DNA of 64,000 nucleotides from Candidatus Aenigmatarchaeota archaeon (lineage in GTDB: Archaea; Aenigmatarchaeota; Aenigmatarchaeia; CG10238-14; SCSR01): assembly GCA_030615205.1 (NCBI GenBank), contig JAUWZS010000001.1, positions 143,212 to 207,211 on the forward strand, written 5' to 3'. Below the pieces are notes generated by a model, which saw nothing but the letters and a program-made list of their open reading frames with translations, ran no database searches and had not been told where the DNA came from. Positions 25,643 to 35,579 of the stretch are shown here, piece after piece (the stretch's first letter is position 1; every line of letters begins with the position of its first letter). Made by a program: the position numbers and the translations under genes.

Positions 25643-26692
25643 TTATTCTACTTGTATTAATCCGTCTTCTGTGATTTTGAAAATGCATTCAGCTTCTGGA
25701 AGATTTGCTGCATCCATCAATTTGCATACGCGTGTTCCTGCACGGCCTTTTCGTAAGTATAAACGATATGTTGCCTGATGTGCAAGCACGTGTCCGCCTA
25801 CGGGCGTTGTGGGATCGCCGAAAAGCATGTCTGGTCTTGCCATAACTTGATTTGTAATATATATTGCTAAATTGTGGCCGTCTGCCAAGCGCTGCAGCGC
25901 ATGGAGATGCTTGTTGAGCTTTTGTTGCCTGCGTGCTAATTCTCCCCTGCCTATGTAATCTGCACGAAAGTGTGATGTGATGCTGTCAATAATTATCAGG
26001 CCTATATTTTTTTCCTCTATCATCTCGCTTGCTTTCTCGATTAGGAAAATCTGATGCTCACTATTGAACGCGCGTGCTACAAAAATGTTTTTCAGGGTTT
26101 TTTCCGGGTCTAATCCCATTGTTTTTGCCATGCTGACTATGCGCGTTGGCGAGAACGTATTTTCTGTATCTATAAAAAGGCATTTCTTCCCAAGACCGCC
26201 TTTTTCCTTTGGAAGCTGAACACCCACAGCAAGCTGGAACCCGAGCTGAGATTTTCCGCTCGCGAATTGGCCGTATGCTTCTGTGATTGCCTGCGTTTCG
26301 ACTCCGCCACCAAGGAGCTTATTCAAGCCTTCCACGTTAGTTGTAATTTTAGAAGCTTCAAGTTTCCTTTTCATAATCTTATCAGCCCTTTCAAAACCAA
26401 GATCTAACATCTCACGTACAGAATTTATAATTTTCCTGGATTGTCCCTCGCCAATCTCAGCTATTGCAGCAAGCTCAGTTGGCGATGCAACAGCAATAGC
26501 CATAAGATCTGTAAACCCTACTTCAGCCAATTTTTCAGAAATCTTTCTCCCTACACCAGGTATTCCCTCGAGCTTAATTTTCTTTCTGTCTCTTTTAGAT
26601 TTTTTTACTTCGGTTGCTGGTGTTTTCTCTATTTTCTCATCTGATTCATCTGATGCTGTTGTTTTTATTTTTTTATTTTTTACTTCAGCCAT
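25643..26692 (-). CDS. radA: DNA repair and recombination protein RadA, with a ~38-aa Lys-rich N-terminal extension
   Basis: HhH region LEGIPGVGRKISEKLAEVGF, Walker A GQFASGKSQ, Walker B LIIIDSITSHFR, and typical ...VGGHVLAH... Confidence 0.92.
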   Translation of the reverse strand: MAEVKNKKIKTTASDESDEKIEKTPATEVKKSKRDRKKIKLEGIPGVGRKISEKLAEVGFTDLMAIAVASPTELAAIAEIGEGQSRKIINSVREMLDLGFERADKIMKRKLEASKITTNVEGLNKLLGGGVETQAITEAYGQFASGKSQLGFQLAVGVQLPKEKGGLGKKCLFIDTENTFSPTRIVSMAKTMGLDPEKTLKNIFVARAFNSEHQIFLIEKASEMIEEKNIGLIIIDSITSHFRADYIGRGELARRQQKLNKHLHALQRLADGHNLAIYITNQVMARPDMLFGDPTTPVGGHVLAHQATYRLYLRKGRAGTRVCKLMDAANLPEAECIFKITEDGLIQVE

Positions 26693-26708
26693 ATATTATC
26701 ACTATATA

Positions 26709-27749
26709 CTATCCCAACTTCATTTTTAAAAGGTCTGCTAATTTTTCACTCTCTTCTGAAATATTTAAGTTTTTCACGCGGTCTGCAATCATCTCCAGTC
26801 TCTCAAACTGTGTATTTTTCTTTACGCGTCCGTGAATTATGTATTCCTTTCCAACCAAACTTCCGCTGAGCAATTCATATCTCTCATCCAAATCTAATTT
26901 GCTTAACTTACTCGCTGTAGTGGTTGTAACGTGCTCGGCCACATCGCGAAATGCAACAACGCGTAAGACGCCTGTACCATCATCCACAATAAATGAAACT
27001 ACCATTGCTGGCTTTGCTTTGACCTCACCGTGTTTTTTGCATTCGAATTTGTTGTCGCTCGCTTCTTCTGCTTTGCCACCGCATTCCGGACATGTGTTGA
27101 AAAGGAATTTACCGCGCATGAGGTCGATTATTGTTGCACGCGTCTCGAAAGAACCTGGCGCCAGATTTTTGATTAGAATGCGGTTGGTCTGCGGGCCGAG
27201 AAAAGCTTTTGAGAGCTCATCGATTGTCGGGAATTCTATGTCTGAGCCTGCAATTTCGTCGGTTATGTTGAACAGGCGGCCGTATTTGCCGAGTGAAAGT
27301 TCTACATCACCGTAGATGTTCTCATTTGCAAAAGCCCCGCTGATTTGCACGACATCGCCGTTTTTGATTATCTCATCTTCAACTATTTTCACCTGATCGT
27401 TCCATAAAGGCAGGCGTACGAATCCTGTATTATCGCCGACGAATATGTTTACAACCCGTCCATCAGCGCCATTGCTTTTTGTGAAATCCACAATCCTTGA
27501 AATTTTAAATAAGCGGCCTGCTGCGCTGACGTTTCGCATGCCTGGAAGTATGTTCCTCAGCTCGATTTTTCTTTTTTCATTATTCAACAAATTCACACCC
27601 AATTCTTTTGCGACTAGGTAGGCAGCACCGTCCAAGCTTACCAGGCCTGAAAGATCACTCTGCTTCTTTTTTATCCTCTCCCCAAGTTCGTCTTTGCTGA
27701 TTTTTGTTTCAGCTTCGACCTTGCTTAGGATATCATCGAGCGTGACCAT
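26709..27749 (-). CDS. Replication protein A-type ssDNA-binding protein (OB folds + Zn ribbon)
   Basis: N-terminus MVTLDDILSKVEAETKISKDELGERIKKKQSDLSGLVSLDGAAYLVAKELGV is typical of euryarchaeal-type RPA. Zn ribbon CPECGGK...CKKHG. ATG at 27749; the track start 27851 is TTG. Confidence 0.8.
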   Translation of the reverse strand: MVTLDDILSKVEAETKISKDELGERIKKKQSDLSGLVSLDGAAYLVAKELGVNLLNNEKRKIELRNILPGMRNVSAAGRLFKISRIVDFTKSNGADGRVVNIFVGDNTGFVRLPLWNDQVKIVEDEIIKNGDVVQISGAFANENIYGDVELSLGKYGRLFNITDEIAGSDIEFPTIDELSKAFLGPQTNRILIKNLAPGSFETRATIIDLMRGKFLFNTCPECGGKAEEASDNKFECKKHGEVKAKPAMVVSFIVDDGTGVLRVVAFRDVAEHVTTTTASKLSKLDLDERYELLSGSLVGKEYIIHGRVKKNTQFERLEMIADRVKNLNISEESEKLADLLKMKLG

Positions 27750-27856
27750 AAAATTATATGTATAATTAGAAATTAAAGTTTCAACGCCCAGAGTGGGATT
27801 AGTTAAATTAGGATATTTTTGTGGGCTTTTAATATTTTTACTTGCAATCAAGTTGT

Positions 27857-28180
27857 ATGGGATTTAAAAAAGATGCTTTTGCTGAGATTGACAAATTAGT
27901 TAAGAACTATTCTGAAGAGTTTTCATCGAGAAGGATTATTCCGCAACTATATAGTCAGGTGTTTCAAGATTACCTACAACTAATTGCTCATGATATATCT
28001 TCCTTTTTAGAAAGACGGGACGCAGGCCCACTGACCGGACCTCATGGGGCAGAACAAATCTTTTCTGAATGTGTCGCTTATATTAAAAAAGAATTTGAAA
28101 AGTCTGTAAAAGATGCAGATTCTACAAAAGAATGGAAGTCTTACGTTCAGAGATTATCGAAAAATCGGCTTAAATTTTGA
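27857..28180 (+). CDS. Hypothetical protein (about 107 aa)
   Basis: ORF only; ATG at 27857. Confidence 0.45.
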   Translation: MGFKKDAFAEIDKLVKNYSEEFSSRRIIPQLYSQVFQDYLQLIAHDISSFLERRDAGPLTGPHGAEQIFSECVAYIKKEFEKSVKDADSTKEWKSYVQRLSKNRLKF

Positions 28181-28203
28181 GAAAAGTAGGATTAATTTAA
28201 GGA

Positions 28204-29283
28204 CTATTTTGTAACTAAAAGTTCTTCAAGAATGCCAGGGTCTATTTGTTTTGCGGCATCTGTTAAATTATGCCAGTTTTGGTATAAGATACCAGTTTTA
28301 TGTAAATTACTTCCCTCTTTTTTCTTAGATTGAACAAAATCCTGAACTCTTTTACCAATTGTTTCTATCATTTCTCTCCCAAAGTTTTCTCCAAACGAAG
28401 CAGATAAATTTTTTGCAACATCTTTGAAGATATTAATCAAAGGCCCACGATCATAAAAGTCAGTTTCTGTCTCCCTTTGAAGATCTGTCGATTCTGAACT
28501 TCCTTCAACACTTATTGAATAACTACCTTTTAGTGCAATTCCATTTACAAATTTTAACATTTCTTTAGCATGCCTCCCAAAAACATAATTTTCGCATATA
28601 TGAATTAGAGGAAACGGAATTGTAGTATAAACTGAACTCATTACAGAGAGGTTTGCCGCATCTAACTCAATGGATTCAAATAAATATTCAGAGCTTCTGA
28701 AATGTTCTTCATATAGATCGATTTCTGTCTTGTAAAGACAACGTTCCCAACCTGCAGAAAAAGCTCCTATAATCCTATCTAAATCTGTCAAACTTAAACC
28801 AGTTTTCGATTCAACCTCTATACGTTTTTCTTTTTTCAACTTAGAGGAAAATTCAGAGACAGTGTTTCCTAAAGCCATAGTATGATGTTCAATGAAATCA
28901 TTTTCTACTTCCATATCATCGTCTGAGAAAATCACCCCACCTGCACCATAAGTGCATGCCAATAACAAAAGTCTGTTCCTGTTTGCCCCTGCTGAACCCC
29001 CATTCATTGCTATATCAATAACTTCTCTGCTCAGACCAGACGATTTTTGCAATTGTGTTTTATACGGTTCTAATCTTTCAGTATCTACATAGTAAATCTT
29101 TGAGGGGCCTCTATTACAAAGAGTCTTGAGACGTTCGACTTCCTTAGTTTTATACTCAGGACCACTATCACTTGCAACGAATATCGGTAAACCAGGATTT
29201 GTCGGGTCTTTTTGAAGTGATTCTACTGTAATTGGTAATAATTCCGGACGATTGTAAGTTGGGATGCAAACGACTTTTTCCAT
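28204..29283 (-). CDS. GT-A-fold glycosyltransferase-like protein (359 aa), divergent
   Basis: CIPTYNRPELL N-terminus typical of GT-A enzymes; acidic FSDDDMEV (DxD-like). Confidence 0.5.
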   Translation of the reverse strand: MEKVVCIPTYNRPELLPITVESLQKDPTNPGLPIFVASDSGPEYKTKEVERLKTLCNRGPSKIYYVDTERLEPYKTQLQKSSGLSREVIDIAMNGGSAGANRNRLLLLACTYGAGGVIFSDDDMEVENDFIEHHTMALGNTVSEFSSKLKKEKRIEVESKTGLSLTDLDRIIGAFSAGWERCLYKTEIDLYEEHFRSSEYLFESIELDAANLSVMSSVYTTIPFPLIHICENYVFGRHAKEMLKFVNGIALKGSYSISVEGSSESTDLQRETETDFYDRGPLINIFKDVAKNLSASFGENFGREMIETIGKRVQDFVQSKKKEGSNLHKTGILYQNWHNLTDAAKQIDPGILEELLVTK

Positions 29284-29313
29284 GTTATTTTGTCTTATAT
29301 TAAGAAATTTAAA

Positions 29314-29520
29314 TCATTGAAACTTACGTCGTGCTAAACGGACGTCTTCTGCGAATACTGTCTTGCGTCCTGCGTGTTTTGCGAGTGCTGCTGCTTCTTC
29401 TGCGATTTTGAGTATTTTATCTTCCATAACTTTTGCCAACTCTTCTGCTGCATCATATGATACGCGCTTTGCTCCTGCACGCTTTAGAATTCTTTCGAAC
29501 GGAAGTACTGGGAAGTCCAT
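29314..29520 (-). CDS. Archaeal histone (HMf family)
   Basis: 68 aa. [29 protein letters not shown]...[17 protein letters not shown]. Confidence 0.92.
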   Translation of the reverse strand: MDFPVLPFERILKRAGAKRVSYDAAEELAKVMEDKILKIAEEAAALAKHAGRKTVFAEDVRLARRKFQ

Positions 29521-29562
29521 ATTTAATATTCCTCAGTTTATCATATTAACTTACCATTCGTT

Positions 29563-31860
29563 TTACCATATAACTTTGAAAAGCCTTATTTCCAGGTTCT
29601 GATAAACAAGATCAAAATGCTCCAAACCTTCGCCATTGAAGAAAAACATTTGAGTGAATAATGAATCCCGTATTGCTGCGTCCATGAAAATGACTGTACC
29701 GTAACCTGGGTCAACCCAGACCATGCCATCTATTACTTCAGTTTCATTAGAAACTAAATGTTTTGGTTGTCCGTTCTCGAAATACAGTATCTCTTTCACT
29801 ATCACATTTCTTATGCCCTGATTTGGGAAATTAAGAATCGGGATCCATATACCATTCTCATATACAAGCGATACCTGGCCACCGCCGTATGATATCACGC
29901 CTTGAGCTTCGTCATAATCTGAAATGCTCAATTGAAAATAGTTTCTGCCTGTGCCTGTACCGAAATAACTGAGCCAATAGTACTTGGATATAAGGTCGCT
30001 ACTCGCAATTATGTACATTTCAGGAACTGGCCCGCAAGCATCTGCTGGAACCAGAGTGCCATATGTTTCTCTAGCTTCTGCACATTGCTCAGGTGTTAGC
30101 TCCTTGTACTTCTCTAGAATAGGAATTGCCTCTTCCTCGTCGCTTATGGAGAATACGCGACCCATGTCCTGGATTCGTATATCGTGGCTGTATGGTATAC
30201 ATCCACCTAATCCTGGTCCACAGTGAGCACCATCTGCCATTACCCTGTGCCCAGTATAACCTGCAATTATGTGACCTGGGTCCCACCATGTGACTATGAG
30301 TGCTTTTGGATCAGTCTCTTCATTAATCCAATCTAACATGTCATACCAATTACCGCTTATTCGCATACCGCCTGTACCGTACCCAACAGATATTGCATTT
30401 GAGACAAACATCAGAACTAATACTGCCACAAATCCGAAGAGCGTTACTTTTAATATTTTTTTATTGAGGTATTTTGGAATATTACCTACAATATATCCGG
30501 TTGTGATAGCAGCTGCAGTGGAAAATAGTAGTGAGAAACGGACACCCCAAGATATAAGGTAGAATGTTGCAAACGACAATAGAAAGAGGAATATCTCAGC
30601 CGGATTAATCTTTTTCTTTTTGTAGAGCTTGAAAAGCATGAACAGTATTAATGGGGATGTGATTATAGGAACAGGCCATACGCCGATTGTGAAAAGTGTT
30701 GGTCCTAGACCAACCCTGTCCACTATTGAATTAAACCCGCTTTGAACGAATATGCTTGTTTGCTGGAGCTCTGCAACAGATATGTTGACTAAGAGGAGTT
30801 GCCCTTGGGTAAAAGCGAATCCTAGAATGAATGTTACGATTATGTTTCCTAAATTCAAAAAATAACCAATTATATTAGTAACAATGATTACTATCAATAG
30901 CGGGAGTATAATTTTTGTTTCGCCTTTCAATTCAGTTAGACTTATCCTAAAACTTCGTTTATGAAATATTTGTTCTATTATTCGAAAAATGAAAAGAGCT
31001 GGTATAAAAGCAGTAAAGAAGAGCAATATTATCCAACCATATCCCCAAGTGAAAACAAACGCCAAATTAACCAGTATTGCAAAGATATAATATGGCATCG
31101 ATTTTAAAGAAACTTTTTTCTTCATCGCAAGCAGTATCGAATATATCGAAAGGAAGGTATAGAATACAACAACCATATCACTGTCGCAATAACCAGCCAT
31201 TGAAACTCCTATAAGCGTGGGTGCTAATACACCGAAAATAGCTACGCAGAGCCCGCCCCATTTATTGGACAACAAACGGCCGAGAAGGAATGCAGGTACT
31301 ACAGCGAATGCTGCCATTATAAGCGTTGACCATTTCGCAGTTTCTGTTAACGTAAAAGCCAAAAGCGGTCCGAGTATTTTTTGAAAAATGGCTATTGTAT
31401 ATGCCCATCCTTGGTATGGTTCATAGGGTCTGCCTGGTGGGAAGTGGCTCAATTCATCCCATACTGGCATCTGCATATTATTTTCTATCAATTCTTTTGC
31501 ATGCCTGTAAAACCACCATGGGTCGTAATCAAGCACAGTCGGTGAATCGAGTGTACCCGAGCGTACATAGATTGCAATGTACATTATTGCTAAAATGGAA
31601 ATTATTATGATTGCAGTACTAACTAAAGTTTTGGATTTAAAAAATGTAAAGTCTGGCAACTTTAATTTTTTAGTTTTAGGTTTAGCAGCAGTATCTGTAT
31701 CTACTTCACGATATTCTTCTGCTTCATGCTCCGCTTCAATCTCATGCTCTGCCTCAGCTGTCTGCTCTGATGGCTCTACCTGCTGCTCATCATCTGTTTC
31801 CTGCTCAACATCTGCCTCTTGCTCAACTGGTTCTTCTTCTCCAGACTCCATAGGATACAC
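29563..31860 (-). CDS. aglB: Oligosaccharyltransferase AglB/STT3 with an acidic low-complexity N-terminal extension
   Basis: About 13 TM followed by a soluble domain carrying TWWDPGH (WWDxG motif). 765 aa. Confidence 0.9.
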   Translation of the reverse strand: MYPMESGEEEPVEQEADVEQETDDEQQVEPSEQTAEAEHEIEAEHEAEEYREVDTDTAAKPKTKKLKLPDFTFFKSKTLVSTAIIIISILAIMYIAIYVRSGTLDSPTVLDYDPWWFYRHAKELIENNMQMPVWDELSHFPPGRPYEPYQGWAYTIAIFQKILGPLLAFTLTETAKWSTLIMAAFAVVPAFLLGRLLSNKWGGLCVAIFGVLAPTLIGVSMAGYCDSDMVVVFYTFLSIYSILLAMKKKVSLKSMPYYIFAILVNLAFVFTWGYGWIILLFFTAFIPALFIFRIIEQIFHKRSFRISLTELKGETKIILPLLIVIIVTNIIGYFLNLGNIIVTFILGFAFTQGQLLLVNISVAELQQTSIFVQSGFNSIVDRVGLGPTLFTIGVWPVPIITSPLILFMLFKLYKKKKINPAEIFLFLLSFATFYLISWGVRFSLLFSTAAAITTGYIVGNIPKYLNKKILKVTLFGFVAVLVLMFVSNAISVGYGTGGMRISGNWYDMLDWINEETDPKALIVTWWDPGHIIAGYTGHRVMADGAHCGPGLGGCIPYSHDIRIQDMGRVFSISDEEEAIPILEKYKELTPEQCAEARETYGTLVPADACGPVPEMYIIASSDLISKYYWLSYFGTGTGRNYFQLSISDYDEAQGVISYGGGQVSLVYENGIWIPILNFPNQGIRNVIVKEILYFENGQPKHLVSNETEVIDGMVWVDPGYGTVIFMDAAIRDSLFTQMFFFNGEGLEHFDLVYQNLEIRLFKVIW

Positions 31861-31936
31861 TTTATAACTATTAAATAAATAAAGCTATTAAAAGTTAGTT
31901 AAAAAGCTTGTGAAAAGTTGGTGGAAAGTTGATGGC

Positions 31937-32995
31937 ATGAAAATTTTGTTTACACACGAAGTGTTTCCTCCAGATGTTGCCGGCGGCGGAGAAAAGCTTG
32001 TGCTGAAACTTGCGCAACATCTTGTCAAACAAGGGCATTCTGTCAAAGTTGTGACCAGCGGTGACCCGAAAATAAAGAACTATGGCAAGGTAGAAACTGT
32101 GCGGATACCGGCCAATAGGTATCTGATGAATATTTTGGCTCTGCCAACGATTCTGGAGCATGCTTGGGATGCAGACATAATACAGACAAGCAGCGGCAAC
32201 ATGTGCTTCCCCTCGTATATTGCTGCGAAATTGCTTGGTAAACCGATTTGTTGTTGGGTGCACCATATATTTGGAAAATATTGGAGGGATATAAGAGGTC
32301 TTGTGGTTGGACGGCTTTTTGAAATCGCAGAGAGGTTCTTTCTGACTCGCAACTTTGATTCTTACGTTTTCCAAAACAAATCTTCCAAACAGATTGGAAT
32401 AGAAATCGGTGTACCGCCTGAGAAGATGGTGATTATCCCACCTGGAATAGGCCGCAAAAAATTCACGTTGAGAAGAAAAGTAAAGCGGGGTAAAAATGTG
32501 CTTTTTATTGGCAATTTTTCAATGGACAAACCTACGATAAAAACAAAGGGTGTAAAGTATCTTATCGAAGCTGCCGAGATGCTGCCTGATGTAAAATTCG
32601 TTTTGGTGGGCAAATTCAAAGAAAAAATTAGGCATCCTGAGAATGTTTTACTGACTGGTGTTGTAAGTGCAAAAAAACTTGTGAGACTTTATAACACAGC
32701 CGGTGTGTTTGCATGCAGTTCACTAAATGAAGGATTCAGCTTGGCCTTGCTCGAAGCTATGACAACTGGTTGCGCAATTGTTTCGACTATAAACATAGGA
32801 CAAGTTGGTAAAAATGTTAGGCCGAAAAGTAGTAAAGACCTTGCTGATGCAATACAATATTATATCAAAAATCCCACTAAAGCTGAGTCCGAAGGAAATA
32901 AAAATAAAAAACTGGCACGAAAACACACTTGGGATAAATTCTATAGCAGATTTGAGAAGCTTTATAAGAATTTAAATAAATACCCGAATAAGTGA
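31937..32995 (+). CDS. GT4-family (GT-B fold) glycosyltransferase
   Basis: MKILFTHEVFPPDVAGGGEKL and NEGFSLALLEAMTTGCAIV (E-x7-E). Confidence 0.85.
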   Translation: MKILFTHEVFPPDVAGGGEKLVLKLAQHLVKQGHSVKVVTSGDPKIKNYGKVETVRIPANRYLMNILALPTILEHAWDADIIQTSSGNMCFPSYIAAKLLGKPICCWVHHIFGKYWRDIRGLVVGRLFEIAERFFLTRNFDSYVFQNKSSKQIGIEIGVPPEKMVIIPPGIGRKKFTLRRKVKRGKNVLFIGNFSMDKPTIKTKGVKYLIEAAEMLPDVKFVLVGKFKEKIRHPENVLLTGVVSAKKLVRLYNTAGVFACSSLNEGFSLALLEAMTTGCAIVSTINIGQVGKNVRPKSSKDLADAIQYYIKNPTKAESEGNKNKKLARKHTWDKFYSRFEKLYKNLNKYPNK

Positions 32996-33016
32996 TATTG
33001 AAAGCGAGTGGTAACA

Positions 33017-33997
33017 ATGAATTGGAAAAATAGCACTGTCCTAATAACAGGGGCGACTGGTTTTGTCGGCACATGGCTTGCTAAAGATTTGGTAGAACGG
33101 GGCGCGAACGTAATAGCTTTTGTGCGTGATGAGATACCGAATATGCCATTACGAACAATGGGAATTTATGATAAACTTGGTGCTATTGCAGATGGTGATA
33201 TAATATCTTATGACAGCGTAAAGCGCGTATTCAATGAATATGAGATTGATAGCTGTTTCCACTTGGCCGCGCAAACTATAGTTGGTGTGGCGAAAAGCTC
33301 ACCGACGATAACATTCGATATCAATATAAAAGGCACGTGGAACATACTAGAGGCTGCACGTACATCTGAAACACTCAAGCGACTTATTATTGCCTCCACA
33401 GATAAGGTATATGGCGAACCTGTAAAGCTGCCTATAACAGAAGACCACTCACTTCTTGCGGTTTACCCATACGACGCCTCGAAAGCCTGTGCAGAGAGGC
33501 TCGCAAGAACTTTTTTCACAACATATGGACTTCCCGTAGCAATGACGAGATGTTGCAATATATATGGTGGTGGAGATTTGAATTTTTCAAGAATAATACC
33601 AGGAACTATACGATCCATATTCTTAAATCAAAATCCAATAATTAGAAGCGATGGTACGCCTGTCCGAGATTTCATACATGTAAAGGACGCTTCTGCTGCA
33701 TATGTCTTGCTCGCTGAAAATATAGGCAAAGCAGATGTTAATGGAGAAGCGTTCAATTTTGGAAGCAACGCACCAATAAGCATGCTGGATCTTGTTAAAA
33801 AGATAATCAAAGTCTCTGGCAAAACCGATCTGCAGCCTGATATTCGAGGTAAAGGAAAACCAGATGCGGAAATAGATAAACAATATTTGTCAAGTGAGAA
33901 AGCGAGGCACTTACTTGCCTGGGAACCAAAGTTCACACTTGACCAAGGATTGAAAAAAACTATAGAATGGTACGCCGCCTACTTCGCTAAAACATGA
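33017..33997 (+). CDS. rfbG: CDP-glucose 4,6-dehydratase-like SDR
   Basis: NWKNSTVLITGATGFVGTWL (RfbG-type N-terminus), YDASKACAE (YxxxK). Confidence 0.75.
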   Translation: MNWKNSTVLITGATGFVGTWLAKDLVERGANVIAFVRDEIPNMPLRTMGIYDKLGAIADGDIISYDSVKRVFNEYEIDSCFHLAAQTIVGVAKSSPTITFDINIKGTWNILEAARTSETLKRLIIASTDKVYGEPVKLPITEDHSLLAVYPYDASKACAERLARTFFTTYGLPVAMTRCCNIYGGGDLNFSRIIPGTIRSIFLNQNPIIRSDGTPVRDFIHVKDASAAYVLLAENIGKADVNGEAFNFGSNAPISMLDLVKKIIKVSGKTDLQPDIRGKGKPDAEIDKQYLSSEKARHLLAWEPKFTLDQGLKKTIEWYAAYFAKT

Positions 33998-34023
33998 TAA
34001 AATAATAGTTAATTGTGTCCCGA

Positions 34024-34665
34024 ATGGTTAAAAGTTCTAATCAACAGAATGCCGAAATTACAAGGGTAGGAACTGTATCGCTTTATACCATCCTAAGAAA
34101 TTTAACATCTGGTAAAGAGATAGAAGGCAGTGAAAAAATGAAAATACTTGATTTGGGGTGTGGGAAGAGGAAATATCCAAATTCAATAGGAGTGGATATA
34201 AATGAAAATTTTGATGCAGATGTAAAATGGGATTTGGAAAACGTCCCTTATCCTTTTGAAGACGGTTCTATTGATTTAATCATATGCGTAGAAGTGTTAG
34301 AACACTTACATAATACCAAACAATTTATAAGCGAAGTAAACCGCATACTGAAGGATAATGGCATCTTATATCTTACAACAAACAACAGAAAAAGTCTTAT
34401 TAACAGGCTGTTCAAAACATATAAGACACCATCCCATTGCTCATTACAGACGATAGATTCTTTGAAAAAACTCGTCTCAAAAGAGTTGGTCATCGACAAG
34501 TTTTTCTGTTTGCCTTACAGCGACCAAGCCAGAAACGATTTTCGTTATATATCATTGAGACTATTTAGAATATTGTTGCACTACATACTTCCACAGTCAT
34601 TACAAGAGAGGATGGTCGTCATGGCAGTTAAAAAGCCGTCGTGGACTAAACCAAAGGAGAATTAA
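34024..34665 (+). CDS. Class I SAM methyltransferase (Methyltransf_11-like)
   Basis: ILDLGCGKRKY, IDLIICVEVLEHL. Start uncertain (GTG 34015, ATG 34024 or 34138). Confidence 0.75.
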   Translation: MVKSSNQQNAEITRVGTVSLYTILRNLTSGKEIEGSEKMKILDLGCGKRKYPNSIGVDINENFDADVKWDLENVPYPFEDGSIDLIICVEVLEHLHNTKQFISEVNRILKDNGILYLTTNNRKSLINRLFKTYKTPSHCSLQTIDSLKKLVSKELVIDKFFCLPYSDQARNDFRYISLRLFRILLHYILPQSLQERMVVMAVKKPSWTKPKEN

Positions 34666-34737
34666 GGGTGGAATAAAATCCCGTGGCATAATGTAGTGTA
34701 TAAAGCTTTCGTGTTAGTATAATGATAGTGTCTATAA

Positions 34738-35454
34738 TTAAGAAGTTTCAATTCCGAGATACTTTTGTAATTCGCCTTTTTTCCATAGATCGTTAAGTTC
34801 TTGTATATCCCTAATCGTATTCATCGTTTTCCAAAAACCTTCGTGTTTGAAGGCCTGGACTTTTCCCTCAGATGCAAGGGCTTCAAAAGCATCAGTCTCA
34901 TCCATCCCTGGTTTTATATGCTCTATCAGTTCTTTGTTCAGCACGAGATATCCACCGCTTATCCAATGATCGAGAGCTGGTTTTTCTTTGAACTGCTTTA
35001 CTGTGCAGCTTTCATCCATTTCGACTATTCCAAAGTTTGAGACAAGCTTAATAGAAGTAAGTGTGACCATCTTACCATTTTTCTCATGGAATTTTATTAC
35101 ATCATTTATGTTCACATCGCACAAATCGTCGCCATAAGCCAGCAAGAATTTATCTCCCTTAATAAGCTTCTTTGCCATTCTTATCCTGTCACCTTTCTTT
35201 GTCTCCAAACCTGTATCTAAAAACGTTATATCCCAACCCGATTCCTTATTCTCTGGCTTACTAAAGTATTCTTTAATCATTTCGCCTTTGAATCCCAGCA
35301 ATAGTATGAAATCCTTATGCCCATGTTTAGAATAAAACTTCATGATGTACCAGAGTATTGGTCTGTCTCCGATATGCATCAAAGGCTTTGGCAGTTCCTC
35401 TGTTGTAGGGTACATTCTCGTACCTTTACCGCCGCATAATATAACTACTTGCAT
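34738..35454 (-). CDS. rfbF: Glucose-1-phosphate cytidylyltransferase
   Basis: VILCGGKGTRM...PKPLMHIGDRPILWYIMKFYSKHGHKDFILLLGFKGEMIKEYF closely follows the RfbF pattern. Confidence 0.85.
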   Translation of the reverse strand: MQVVILCGGKGTRMYPTTEELPKPLMHIGDRPILWYIMKFYSKHGHKDFILLLGFKGEMIKEYFSKPENKESGWDITFLDTGLETKKGDRIRMAKKLIKGDKFLLAYGDDLCDVNINDVIKFHEKNGKMVTLTSIKLVSNFGIVEMDESCTVKQFKEKPALDHWISGGYLVLNKELIEHIKPGMDETDAFEALASEGKVQAFKHEGFWKTMNTIRDIQELNDLWKKGELQKYLGIETS

Positions 35455-35579
35455 ACAAATCTCTTATTATCTCTTTTATAGAAAGATTTAAATCTTTTTA
35501 AATTTCCATTACAAACCTTGTTTAAAGATTTTATTTTATATAATTTGTCAATATATTATAGTTGTTGTAGTTGTTAAAA

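Noticed and set aside
26283-26729. 148-aa plus-strand ORF
   Set aside because: It is antisense to radA and the product is low-complexity Ser/Phe/Ile.
31895-32374. 159-aa minus-strand ORF
   Set aside because: It is antisense to the GT4 gene 31937..32995.
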